Part shown: piece after piece, positions 1 to 8,521 of the stretch
How the letters are laid out: each line of letters begins with the position of its first letter
How positions within the stretch are numbered: the stretch's first letter is position 1
DNA from: a virus
Taxonomy: Duplodnaviria; Caudoviricetes
Virus record (IMG/VR): IMGVR_UViG_3300045837_000056
Location: 1 to 34,840 of that record
Reading direction: 5' to 3' (one strand)
DNA: 34,840 nucleotides
The notes under the pieces: model-generated
What the model saw: only the letters and a program-made list of their open reading frames with translations
Told to the model about the DNA's origin: nothing
The model's database searches: none
Translations under genes and position numbers: made by a program

Positions 1-1130
1 GCTTCAGAGCCGTTCGCTGCCGCGTTCGGAGGCGTCGAGGCGGGGATCGGGCCACCGGGGGCGGGCGGACTCGTCTGGGGCGGCGTGGGGGCCTCTGGCG
101 GGGGTTCCGGCTGGGCTTGGGCTTGGCCGGGAGCCAGGGTGGACAGGGAGCCTTCGGGACCGGGACGGCTCGGCTGTCCTTCCTCCAGCATCCGGTCCAC
201 GCGGCGGTTCAAATCGTTGGCTTGCGACTCGTAAAGCTGCTGGCGGACCAGTTCCGCCGCCTGGTGCTGGTGCATCCCGTGGAAGCTGGCGAAAATCAGC
301 GCATCCACGACCGTCTTTTGCAGCGCCTCTCCTCTGTGGCCGCTGACCAACTGCCCGATGGTGCCAAAGCCGGTGTCAAGGTCGCGGATGCCTGACAGCC
401 GCCCGATACTGCTGGAAAGGATGTCCGCCGACTGCTGGGCCATGAGCCCGCCGCCGACGTTCGCCAGGGTGCGGTAAGCGGTGCCGCGTACCCCTTCGGC
501 CGTGATGCCCTGCCCCCAGTGTCCCATCGACTGGAAGATGGCGTTTTCGATGACCGCCTTGGGGAATTGTGTCAAGAAGCCGCGCGGATCTAGTGGGGAG
601 CGATTGTTGGCAAGGTTCGCTTCCCCGACGTTCTCCAGGTAGATGGACGGCATGCGCGCCGTCTGCGCCACCAGTCCCAACCCTCCTCCCAGTCTTGCCT
701 CCTGCACGATGGCCGGGATGCGGGCCACGCCGCTGAGGACGCGGCCCACCGTTCCCCGGTTGGCTTCCCGTTGTTGGCGGGCCTCGTACTCCGCGATGGT
801 CTGGTAGTCCCGATCTTCGGCGCGGTTGGCATTGAAGCGCCGGATGGCATCGCCGTAGCGGTTCTGGTCGGCAAAGTTGCCCAGCGCCGAACCCAGCGCC
901 AGGGACCGGCGTGCGACAAATTCCAGGGGGTTGTCGCTGTTGACGATGGGCGCGGCCTGCTGGCGCGACTGCTCCAGCCGCGCGAGTTGCTGGCGCATCC
1001 GGTCGCGCGATTGCCAGCCCTCATCTTCGAGGCCCGGTAGAAGTGGCTGCCCCACCTGACTACTATGCAACAGGGGCGGGGTCGTCTGCGGTTCTTCATC
1101 CAGCCCCGGTAGGATATGTTGGTCCGGCAT
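1..1130 (-). CDS. Putative large internal virion/DNA-ejection protein (3' end beyond window; missing from ORF track)
   Basis: Hand translation from ATG 1130 (purine-rich RBS AGAGGAAGAG): MPDQHILPGLDEEPQTTPP...NRYGDAIRRFNANRAEDRDYQTIAEYE..., open to base 1 (376 codons). Its position after the other ejection-like genes is typical of podophages. Confidence 0.7.
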   Translation of the reverse strand, partial: MPDQHILPGLDEEPQTTPPLLHSSQVGQPLLPGLEDEGWQSRDRMRQQLARLEQSRQQAAPIVNSDNPLEFVARRSLALGSALGNFADQNRYGDAIRRFNANRAEDRDYQTIAEYEARQQREANRGTVGRVLSGVARIPAIVQEARLGGGLGLVAQTARMPSIYLENVGEANLANNRSPLDPRGFLTQFPKAVIENAIFQSMGHWGQGITAEGVRGTAYRTLANVGGGLMAQQSADILSSSIGRLSGIRDLDTGFGTIGQLVSGHRGEALQKTVVDALIFASFHGMHQHQAAELVRQQLYESQANDLNRRVDRMLEEGQPSRPGPEGSLSTLAPGQAQAQPEPPPEAPTPPQTSPPAPGGPIPASTPPNAAANGSE

Positions 1131-1148
1131 CTCTTCCTCTGGTGCAAT

Positions 1149-1289
1149 ATGTCCTCACAAGCGAAAACGGTCTGCTCCTTTGCCGCGATTGCTGTTCTGG
1201 TGGCATCCTGCCTGCTGCCGCTCTGGGCAAGCATCCCGCTTGCCATCCTGTGCATCGCATCCCTCTTCTATCTTGCCGATCATCCCTGA
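1149..1289 (+). CDS. Small membrane protein (46 aa, probably two TM segments), antisense to the late operon
   Basis: MSSQAKTVCSFAAIAVLVASCLLPLWASIPLAILCIASLFYLADHP fills the gap between two ejection genes. RBS is weak. Confidence 0.5.
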   Translation: MSSQAKTVCSFAAIAVLVASCLLPLWASIPLAILCIASLFYLADHP

Positions 1290-2911
1290 CGCTCATCGGG
1301 CACGTAATCGCGCACCGGATCGTGCGAATACTGCCCAAAGAGGGCGTTGATCCAGTCATTGCTCAGGAACGGGTATTCTGATCGGGTTCGGTGGCGCATG
1401 CGCCGCCCGCGCTCGGGGTTGGCCTGCGCCCGCAGTTCTCGGTCGATCTCCTCGTACTCACGCTGCTGGGGACCGGGGAGTGAGCGGATGTTGCCGCCCG
1501 ACGCCTGGTAGAGTTCCGAGGCGCGGCGGATACGGTCGGCAGCAGCAGCCTGTTCGCTGGTCACGCCACGGCTCGATGTCGCTTGCGTGGCCTGTGCCAG
1601 GAGTTGATTGAAGCGGTCCACGTTCTGCTGATAGTTCGGAGCGGTCGGCAAACGTGGTTGCCCGCTCGGCACTGGCCCGCCTGGCGCTGGCTGCGGCGCT
1701 GGCGCTCCCTGCTGCGGTGGTGGCTGGGCTGCGCCGGGAGTCAAGTCCATGCCGCCCCCCTCGACCTGCTGGCCTGCGCCGGGGGTGATGTCGCCCCCGC
1801 CCCCTTCCGTGGGAACGCCGTGCCCCGCGCCGGGACGGCGCGGCATGGGGGCGAGGTAATCTACCCCGGTCATGTCGCGGATGGAGTTGAGCCGTGCTTC
1901 CGCGCGCCGCGCCCGTTCCTCTTCCCACTGTCCCGGCCCGATCCACAGAAAGCGACTTGTTCGCGTATTAGGCTGGCCGGTCTGCGGGTTGTCCGTGCCG
2001 GCTGCCGCCTCTGCCGCTGCTTTCTCCTCTTTCTCCATTTCCTTCTGGGCCTCGCTGAGCGCCCGTGTCACCGTGTTCGCGCGGCGCTGGTTCTCCCGGT
2101 CCCAATCGGCCTGCGCGTGACGCAGTGCCTCACTCTGCCGCCGCTCCTCGCGCTGGGCTTCCTGGTCCGCGCGGCGCTGGGTTTCCTCGCGGAGCCGCTG
2201 CTGGTTGTCGTCAAAGCGCTGCTGCAAATCCTCCGCGCGGCGATTGGCCATTTCCAACTGCTGCATGTGATAGTCACGCTGCGCCTCAATATGTTTGATG
2301 GCCGCCGTGTTATCGTGGTAGGTCACGTCCCCCGTGATGGGGTTGAAGAAACCGCTGTACGATCCATCCGGGGCTTGAACGGTGTGTTGCTGGAGGAACT
2401 GGGCATAGTCCGCTGCGTCCATGCCGAGGATTTGTGCCCGGCGCTGGCGCTGCTGTTGCTGCTCCTGGAACTGCTGTTCTTGCTGCTGCTGCATCGCCCG
2501 CTGCTGCCGCATCCGGAGCGGGTTGATCTTGGTTTGCAGCTCCGCAATCGCGTTTTGCTTGTCCTCATCCGAAAAGGCCGGGTTGGTCATCACCGCGCCT
2601 ACCGCCGCGTTGAGGCGGTTGAGTTGCATGATCTCCGGGAGCGTGATGGCTTGCTGCTGGAGAAACGCCTGCGACTGCTCGTGCTGGGCCTGCAAGGCGG
2701 CCTGCTGCTGCATGTGCTGCTGCTGCGCGAGGAGCTGGGCCTGCTGGTCGTAGAAGTGCCCCTGAATATCGCCTATGCGATTCAACTGGCGCAGGCTGTC
2801 CTCTTGCCCCCGGTAGTAGAGCGGCAGAAAGTTTTGCCACGACTGCGCCGCCCCGGCCGCCGCCGAAATGCCGGGAGCCACGGGTGCGGCGGGCTGGATG
2901 TTAATGGGCAC
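1280..2911 (-). CDS. Putative DNA-ejection/internal virion protein (Q/E/R-rich, coiled-coil-like)
   Basis: 543 aa, GTG start with GAGGTG RBS. Q-rich helical N-half and P/G-rich linker; located downstream of the tail nozzle. Confidence 0.65.
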   Translation of the reverse strand: MPINIQPAAPVAPGISAAAGAAQSWQNFLPLYYRGQEDSLRQLNRIGDIQGHFYDQQAQLLAQQQHMQQQAALQAQHEQSQAFLQQQAITLPEIMQLNRLNAAVGAVMTNPAFSDEDKQNAIAELQTKINPLRMRQQRAMQQQQEQQFQEQQQQRQRRAQILGMDAADYAQFLQQHTVQAPDGSYSGFFNPITGDVTYHDNTAAIKHIEAQRDYHMQQLEMANRRAEDLQQRFDDNQQRLREETQRRADQEAQREERRQSEALRHAQADWDRENQRRANTVTRALSEAQKEMEKEEKAAAEAAAGTDNPQTGQPNTRTSRFLWIGPGQWEEERARRAEARLNSIRDMTGVDYLAPMPRRPGAGHGVPTEGGGGDITPGAGQQVEGGGMDLTPGAAQPPPQQGAPAPQPAPGGPVPSGQPRLPTAPNYQQNVDRFNQLLAQATQATSSRGVTSEQAAAADRIRRASELYQASGGNIRSLPGPQQREYEEIDRELRAQANPERGRRMRHRTRSEYPFLSNDWINALFGQYSHDPVRDYVPDERQG

Positions 2912-3089
2912 ACTTCACCTCTTTCGCTTGCGATGCAATTAGGTATTGATAGTAATCCGTTGCCGCCTCCTGTGCGCCGGTCCCCGAAAAGATGGCGACG
3001 TATCCTTCCCCTTCGCTTTCCGTGTGCCACAATTCCACGCGCCAGTCTTCCGGGTGTCGCCTGTCTTGAGCGAGAGCAATCTGTGGCAT
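2901..3089 (-). CDS. Small hypothetical phage protein
   Basis: 62 aa (WRVELWHTESEGEGYVAIFSG); TAATG stop-start coupling with the tail-fibre gene. Confidence 0.65.
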   Translation of the reverse strand: MPQIALAQDRRHPEDWRVELWHTESEGEGYVAIFSGTGAQEAATDYYQYLIASQAKEVKCAH

Positions 3090-4897
3090 TAGCTAATCCT
3101 CCGGGCGCGCATGTAGGTGCCCCGTGTGATGGTCATGGTGTCCGCCCCGTTGACGAGCGTGCCCACCAGTTGCACCGTGCCGGCGTTGGCCCCGTTCTCG
3201 ATCACGCCCCGGATGGTGGCGATGCTGTTGCCGCCCTGCCCCACCGTGCCCAGCGATACCCCCTGGTTCGCCTGATTGAGGAACTGGATGTTGTTGCCCG
3301 TGCCGCCCGAGGGGTTGCCCTCCATCCAGTAGCGCGTGTTCGTCGGTGAACTGGGACCGCTCACCGAAAGCTGCACGCCGTTGGTGCCGCCCGAGCACAG
3401 GACGCAAAACTCCACGTCCCACACTTCATTGGCCGCGATGGCGAACGACATGCCGGTGATGTTCGTGGCGCTGGTGTCGCCGGTGTGGGTGAAGTCGGCG
3501 GTGAGGCACTTGTCCGAGTAGCCCCGGATCGTCACCAGCCCCGTGGACGTGTTCGCAATCTGCACCCCGCCCGTGCCCAGGGCGTCGATGGTGAAATTCT
3601 CATTGGACGCGGAAGACGTGACGCTTAGCGCAAAGCCTGCGCCCGAGGCCGCGCCCTTGAGCTTCGCGCCGGTGACGACCGAGGCCGTCGAGGCATCGCA
3701 GGTCAGCACGGGGTTGGTCGATCCTTGCCGGCCCACGGTCAGCGCCGTGGCGCTGCTGCTGGTGATGGTGCCGGTGCCGCTGACGGTGAGGTTGCCGCTC
3801 GATACGGCGACGTTGCCGCTGGTCACGGTGATGCCCGAGGCACTGACCGTGAGCCCGTGCCCGATGGTCACGCCGCCCGTGGCGGTGACGTTCAGGTTTA
3901 GGGTTCCGCTGCCCTTGGCGTCGAGGGACAGGTTCTCGTTGGTGCCCGAGGAAGTGGCCGCGATGGTGAAACCGCTGCCCGCCGCCTTGGCGGTGCCGAG
4001 GATGCCCGTCACGCAGCTTGCGGTGTTGGCGTTGATCTGGAAGGCGGGGTTGGTGGTGCCCTGCCGCCCGACCGCGAAGGCGTTGGCGCTGCTGCTGGTG
4101 ACGACCAGGGCATCCGTGACCAGCACGTTGCCCGTGCTGACGCCACCAATTGTGATGGTGCCCGTGCCCTTGGCGTTGATGCGCAGGTTTTCGTTGCCGG
4201 CGCTGGAGGTCACGGAGAGAGCGAGGCCGTTGCCCGCGATGTCGGAGCCGACTTGCAGTCCTGTGGCCGCGTTGACCGCAAAGGCGCTGACGGAAAAAAT
4301 ATCTTGCGCCGTGGTGGTGTTGATGACGGTCAGGAGCGTGCCCGCCCCGCCGTTGATGGTCAGCGTGCCGCCGTTCTCAATCGTCACATTCCCCGCGCCG
4401 TCGATGAAGAACAGCGTCGTCGCGGTGATGGTCTGAAACTGAAAGAGCGGCACTGTGCCGGTGGTGTCCCCGGTGATGGAGAGAATGACGCTCGCCGTCG
4501 TGCCCGGCCCAAGCTGGAAATCGAAGGCGGGGATCGTGTTGTCGGCGGCTCCCTGGAAGCCCATAAAGAAGCCGCCCGATCCGCCCGCGTTGTTGGTGAT
4601 CTTCGGCCCGCCGATGGTCAACTCTTGCAGGCCCGTGTCCCACAAGAGCGCGTTGTCTTGCCCAAGATCGCCGTTGATGTCCACCCACAAGATTGACGTG
4701 GGGTTGCCCCCCGTGATCGTCTCGCCAATCTTGAGCTGCCCGTTCCACGTCCCCGGCCCGCCGCCCGAGATGGCCCCCGACTGCACCAGACCGTTGATGA
4801 CATCCGCCACCTCGTTCACGAAGGGCTGGAGTCCCACCACGCCGAGCTTTTCGACGTTGGGACGCGGCACCGGAGGATAAGAAGCAGCGGCGGTCAT
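3089..4897 (-). CDS. Tail fibre/spike-like protein with three internal repeats
   Basis: 602 aa, G/T/S/A-rich beta character. Three copies of TSSxxNENxx(I/L)xAxGxG, two preceded by VGRQGxTNP; distinct C-terminal domain. Confidence 0.7.
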   Translation of the reverse strand: MTAAASYPPVPRPNVEKLGVVGLQPFVNEVADVINGLVQSGAISGGGPGTWNGQLKIGETITGGNPTSILWVDINGDLGQDNALLWDTGLQELTIGGPKITNNAGGSGGFFMGFQGAADNTIPAFDFQLGPGTTASVILSITGDTTGTVPLFQFQTITATTLFFIDGAGNVTIENGGTLTINGGAGTLLTVINTTTAQDIFSVSAFAVNAATGLQVGSDIAGNGLALSVTSSAGNENLRINAKGTGTITIGGVSTGNVLVTDALVVTSSSANAFAVGRQGTTNPAFQINANTASCVTGILGTAKAAGSGFTIAATSSGTNENLSLDAKGSGTLNLNVTATGGVTIGHGLTVSASGITVTSGNVAVSSGNLTVSGTGTITSSSATALTVGRQGSTNPVLTCDASTASVVTGAKLKGAASGAGFALSVTSSASNENFTIDALGTGGVQIANTSTGLVTIRGYSDKCLTADFTHTGDTSATNITGMSFAIAANEVWDVEFCVLCSGGTNGVQLSVSGPSSPTNTRYWMEGNPSGGTGNNIQFLNQANQGVSLGTVGQGGNSIATIRGVIENGANAGTVQLVGTLVNGADTMTITRGTYMRARRIS

Positions 4898-4901
4898 GTT
4901 A

Positions 4902-5007
4902 TGCCCCAGGCTGGCTTATGAGCTTCAACCGGCCTTTCGGCCTGTGGGTCTTTCAGGGGCACTCTTCGCCAGCGGTACTAGAGCCCCTTATTCCCTTGTC
5001 TGGGGCA
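4902..5007 (-). promoter_or_regulatory. Structured, pseudoknotted leader RNA candidate covering the tail-fibre RBS
   Basis: P1 TGCCCCAG/CTGGGGCA (5000-5007 with 4902-4909); hairpin AGGGGC/GCCCCT; GGCC-GAAA-GGCC tetraloop; loop GCTGGC complementary to GCCAGC next to P1. Confidence 0.5.
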
Positions 5008-5013
5008 ATCTCC

Positions 5014-5394
5014 TTAAAACTGGCAGAGAATGTAATCCATGAGGCACGGCGCGCTGTTGGCGATGGCGTAGAACTGCGCGATGGAGTCGTTCAGGGGGAT
5101 GATGCACGGCTCGCCCGAGTGCAGCCGCGCCAGGGCGTTGGCGTAGGTCACGCCGCTGGTCGTGCCCAGGCCGATGTTGTTGGTCGGGTCGCGGTTGATG
5201 AACACCGCCCAGTGAACCGAGGTCACGCCGCCCATCGGAATGGCCGTGGCGGCGAGGCCCACGGTAATCTGGCTGCGCTGGACGACGGTGCCCACCATCG
5301 TGAACTGCTGCGTGTTGCTGATGGCTTCCGGCGACTGCATCACCGTGGGCACATACGCCTGGAAGGAGAAGCCCAGCGTAATTTCATTAGCGAT
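5014..5394 (-). CDS. Small virion-associated protein; probable ATC start giving (M)ANEITLG... (track starts at GTG 5352)
   Basis: Frame is open upstream of 5352 as ATC GCT AAT GAA ATT ACG CTG, with TAAGGA 9 nt before the ATC. The body (WAVFINRDPTNNIGLG...FYAIAN) recalls, from memory, a phage family starting MANEI. Confidence 0.65.
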   Translation of the reverse strand: MANEITLGFSFQAYVPTVMQSPEAISNTQQFTMVGTVVQRSQITVGLAATAIPMGGVTSVHWAVFINRDPTNNIGLGTTSGVTYANALARLHSGEPCIIPLNDSIAQFYAIANSAPCLMDYILCQF

Positions 5395-5406
5395 GGCGCA
5401 CCGTCC

Positions 5407-8400
5407 TTATCCGTAGAGGTTGCCGATGCCGGGGAAGAAGTTGAGGCCGCCCATGTCGCTACTGGCTCCGCCCACATCGAGCGTGCCGCCGCCTTGCGGT
5501 CCCATGTTCTGCGTGGCCAACGCGAATTGTGCGTACTGCTGCGCCTCTTCGGGACTTAAGCCGAATCCCAGACCTTCCTGGTAAGCCGCCGCGCCGGACG
5601 TGCCGGGAAGGAAACCCTGATCGCCGGGGCTGGACCCCGGAGAGCCGCCCGATCCAGGATATGAGCCCGGTTGCGCGTTGCCGCCAACACTGTACGGTCC
5701 GACTGGTCCCGGTCCCACGTATCCGCCGGGGAATGTGCTGAGCGGCGAGGAGATGTACCCCTGCCCCGGCTGCCCGTAAGGCGAGCGCATCCCCAGCCCG
5801 CCCGCGCCGTAGGGGTTGCGGTTGGCCGCGAGGTTGCCGAGGTAATTCAAGTACCCCTGCTGCGCTTGGTTGGCGAGTCCCTGCTGCCCGAGGTAGCCCT
5901 GCTGTGCCAGTCCTGCCGCCGCGAGCTGGCCCTGCTGCTGGAGCTGCTGCTGCGCGAGGCCAAGCTGCTGCTGCGACGTGACCGCCTGCCCCAGTTGCCC
6001 CGCAAGCTGGCCATAGTCCGCCGCGTTGGGCGGCTGGATGTTTACCGAGTTCTCCCACCCCAGTTGGTTCTGTCCCAGTTGGGCGTTTTGCTGGAGTGCC
6101 TGATTGGCGTAGCCCAGCCCCGCGAGGCCAAGCTGCGACTGGTAGCCGGCGTAGGTCTGGGCCAGATTCGAGCCCAGCGCGGCATATGCCTTTTGGGCCT
6201 GTAAACCCGCACCCGTGTTCTCCTGCTGCAAGACCGAGGTATTCCCGAGTCCCGTGGCCGCCGCCTGTTCCTTGTTCTGACCGAGTTGGTTCTGGTACAC
6301 GTCCTGGATGGCCTGCGCCGCCGGGCCCGCGATGCCCCAGCCGTTGCCGCCCTGTCCCAGCGTGTTGGCGATCTGCTGGCCGAGGGTGCCGTAGCCGCCC
6401 TGGATTTGCCCCTGGCCGGCGATCTGATTGCCCATGAGTTGCTGGTAGCCGCCCAGGATGTTGTTGTACTGCTGCTGCGCGGCCCCCAGATACCCGCCGT
6501 ACGCGCTGGTGTAGGCATTGCCCAGCGCGCCCAGCACGCCGCCATAGGGTCCGCCGATGGCCGCGCCCGCGCCGGCGAGTCCTTGCCCGAGTGCCCCGGA
6601 GTTGTTGGGGAACTGGAGCGAGCCGCCGAGGTTGTAGGCGTTGGGCGTGCCCTGGTTGCCCACCTGCCCCTGGATCGGCGGCGGAATCGGTCCCGCCGCA
6701 TTGGGATTGTTCGTCGGCGTGGCCGTGCCCTGGTTGCCCACCTGCCACTGGATCGGTCCCATGTTCGGCGGAGGCGCGATGCTGCCCGCCGCTTGCGCCG
6801 GGTTGGCACTCCCCGGCAGGCCGGCGAACGAGGCAGCGCCGCCCAGGCCACCAAAGGACGAGGCCGCACCGAGCGCGTTCGGCCCCCAATTGACAGGCGC
6901 ATACCCCATGCCGCCGCGAGGAGCGGGCATAATTCCCCCGCCCATCGCGTTCGGCCCAGCGTTGATGAGGCCGCCCCCGGCGTAGTGGCGGATGATGCCG
7001 CCCCGCGCGAAAGATTCGGTGTCATCGCCCGTATCGGACGACGCGACCTCCGTGAGTGGACCGCCGCCGGTGAGGTTCACCGGCGCGAAGGGGTTGCTGT
7101 TCGGGTCATCCATCGTGCCGGGATAGTAGCCCGAATACTGCGGCTGCGCTTGCCCCAGGCTGCCCCCGCTGCCGCTGCTCTTGCTGCCGACGATGCCCGA
7201 GCCGCCTTGCGGCAGATACGCCGAAAGCTGGTCCCCGCCAAAGCCGCTCAGCAGTCCCCCCGGCAAGAGGTTGCGTCCATACCCCGGATAGAGCGCGTTG
7301 TACCCGCCCAGCGGCCCGCCGAGCATCTGCTGGCGGTACGCCCGCAAGGCCGCAAGCTGCTGCATCCGCTGCGCGCCCGCCAGCCCCGGATTGCCCAGGA
7401 AGCCAGCTCCGCCAATGAGTCCCCCGCCCGCGAAGTGCCGGATGGGTGCGCCCTGAATCGCCATTTGCCCGTTGGGAGTCCTGCCATAGCTCATGGGGTT
7501 GGCTCCCGGGCCGGCGCTGATTTGGTTGGGCGACTGGGCCATGCCGAACGTGTCGGGCAGCGACCACGAGGGATTGGGGTGAACGACGCTGGGGTCCCAG
7601 CCGCCCGCCATCGCGGCGCTGTACGGGTTGCCCGCCGCCTGCTGCTGGGGCGTGAAGCCATAGTTGGCCCCGGCATTGGGAGGCTGGTAGGGCGTCCGGT
7701 TCGTGGTGGGCGCGTAGCCGCCGTAGCCGTTGGGCTGCGAGAGGTTCTGGCCGAAGTTGTAGCCGATGTTGCTGTTGCCGAAGCTGCCGAGGTTCGCCCC
7801 CGTGGGCGCGCCCCGCCGACCCTCGACCGACGGTGCACCGCCATACCCACCCCCTCCAGGGGAGACTTCCCCAATCGGCGTGCCGCGCACCATGAAGTTC
7901 CGCGCCATCGGGTTCACCCCGGCGGACATCATGGGCTGGGGGGTGGGCTGCTGCGTGAAGCTGTAGTTGGGTCCTTGCGGGCTCTGTCCCGTATTGGCGT
8001 ATTCGGGGAGATAGGAACCGAACGAGCCGCCGAACAGGCCGCCAGCGGCGAATTGAGGGACGGCAGGAGCGGCGGTCGGGTTATTTCCCGCACCCTTCCG
8101 CTTGGAAAGGCGCCGTAAGCTACCGCCCCTGCCGTTGATTGCTTTCTTGGCTTGTCCCAAGAGTTGCTTGGCCCGGCCCCGGTACTTGGGGTCGGTGGGG
8201 ATAACATACTCCGGCGCGTCCCCCTCGCCCACCACCGCGAGCGTCGGCTGGTCGGCGTAGCCCCCCGCCGCCATCATCACGTTGCCCGACATGGCGGCGA
8301 GCAAGGCGGGGTCGTAGCTGCCCAGGCCCATCATCTGCTGCTGGGTGAGTCCGCCCTGCCCGCCCATCATCTGCGACATGAGGTAGGGCGAGACGGCCCC

Positions 8401-8499
8401 CGCGCCGGTGGACATGGGCGGCGCGATGTAGGGGTTCTGCTGCTGCGGCTGCTGCGCCAGATAGCCGCCCAGCGTGAAACCCGAATTGAGTTGCGTCAC
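5407..8499 (-). CDS. Putative DNA-ejection/pilot protein, G/Q/N/P/Y low-complexity
   Basis: 1030 aa directly after the nozzle gene. Contains AAGGYADQPTLAVVGEGDAPEYVIP (tape-measure-type motif) and Q/A/G/L helical tracts (aa ~640-900) like podophage pilot proteins. Confidence 0.6.
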   Translation of the reverse strand: MTQLNSGFTLGGYLAQQPQQQNPYIAPPMSTGAGAVSPYLMSQMMGGQGGLTQQQMMGLGSYDPALLAAMSGNVMMAAGGYADQPTLAVVGEGDAPEYVIPTDPKYRGRAKQLLGQAKKAINGRGGSLRRLSKRKGAGNNPTAAPAVPQFAAGGLFGGSFGSYLPEYANTGQSPQGPNYSFTQQPTPQPMMSAGVNPMARNFMVRGTPIGEVSPGGGGYGGAPSVEGRRGAPTGANLGSFGNSNIGYNFGQNLSQPNGYGGYAPTTNRTPYQPPNAGANYGFTPQQQAAGNPYSAAMAGGWDPSVVHPNPSWSLPDTFGMAQSPNQISAGPGANPMSYGRTPNGQMAIQGAPIRHFAGGGLIGGAGFLGNPGLAGAQRMQQLAALRAYRQQMLGGPLGGYNALYPGYGRNLLPGGLLSGFGGDQLSAYLPQGGSGIVGSKSSGSGGSLGQAQPQYSGYYPGTMDDPNSNPFAPVNLTGGGPLTEVASSDTGDDTESFARGGIIRHYAGGGLINAGPNAMGGGIMPAPRGGMGYAPVNWGPNALGAASSFGGLGGAASFAGLPGSANPAQAAGSIAPPPNMGPIQWQVGNQGTATPTNNPNAAGPIPPPIQGQVGNQGTPNAYNLGGSLQFPNNSGALGQGLAGAGAAIGGPYGGVLGALGNAYTSAYGGYLGAAQQQYNNILGGYQQLMGNQIAGQGQIQGGYGTLGQQIANTLGQGGNGWGIAGPAAQAIQDVYQNQLGQNKEQAAATGLGNTSVLQQENTGAGLQAQKAYAALGSNLAQTYAGYQSQLGLAGLGYANQALQQNAQLGQNQLGWENSVNIQPPNAADYGQLAGQLGQAVTSQQQLGLAQQQLQQQGQLAAAGLAQQGYLGQQGLANQAQQGYLNYLGNLAANRNPYGAGGLGMRSPYGQPGQGYISSPLSTFPGGYVGPGPVGPYSVGGNAQPGSYPGSGGSPGSSPGDQGFLPGTSGAAAYQEGLGFGLSPEEAQQYAQFALATQNMGPQGGGTLDVGGASSDMGGLNFFPGIGNLYG

Positions 8500-8521
8500 A
8501 TGGCCCGCCGCCCTAGCTCTT

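Noticed and set aside
590-1255. 221-aa minus-strand track ORF
   Set aside because: Wrong frame (R/S/P-rich). The credible gene starts at 1130 in another frame and runs off the window.
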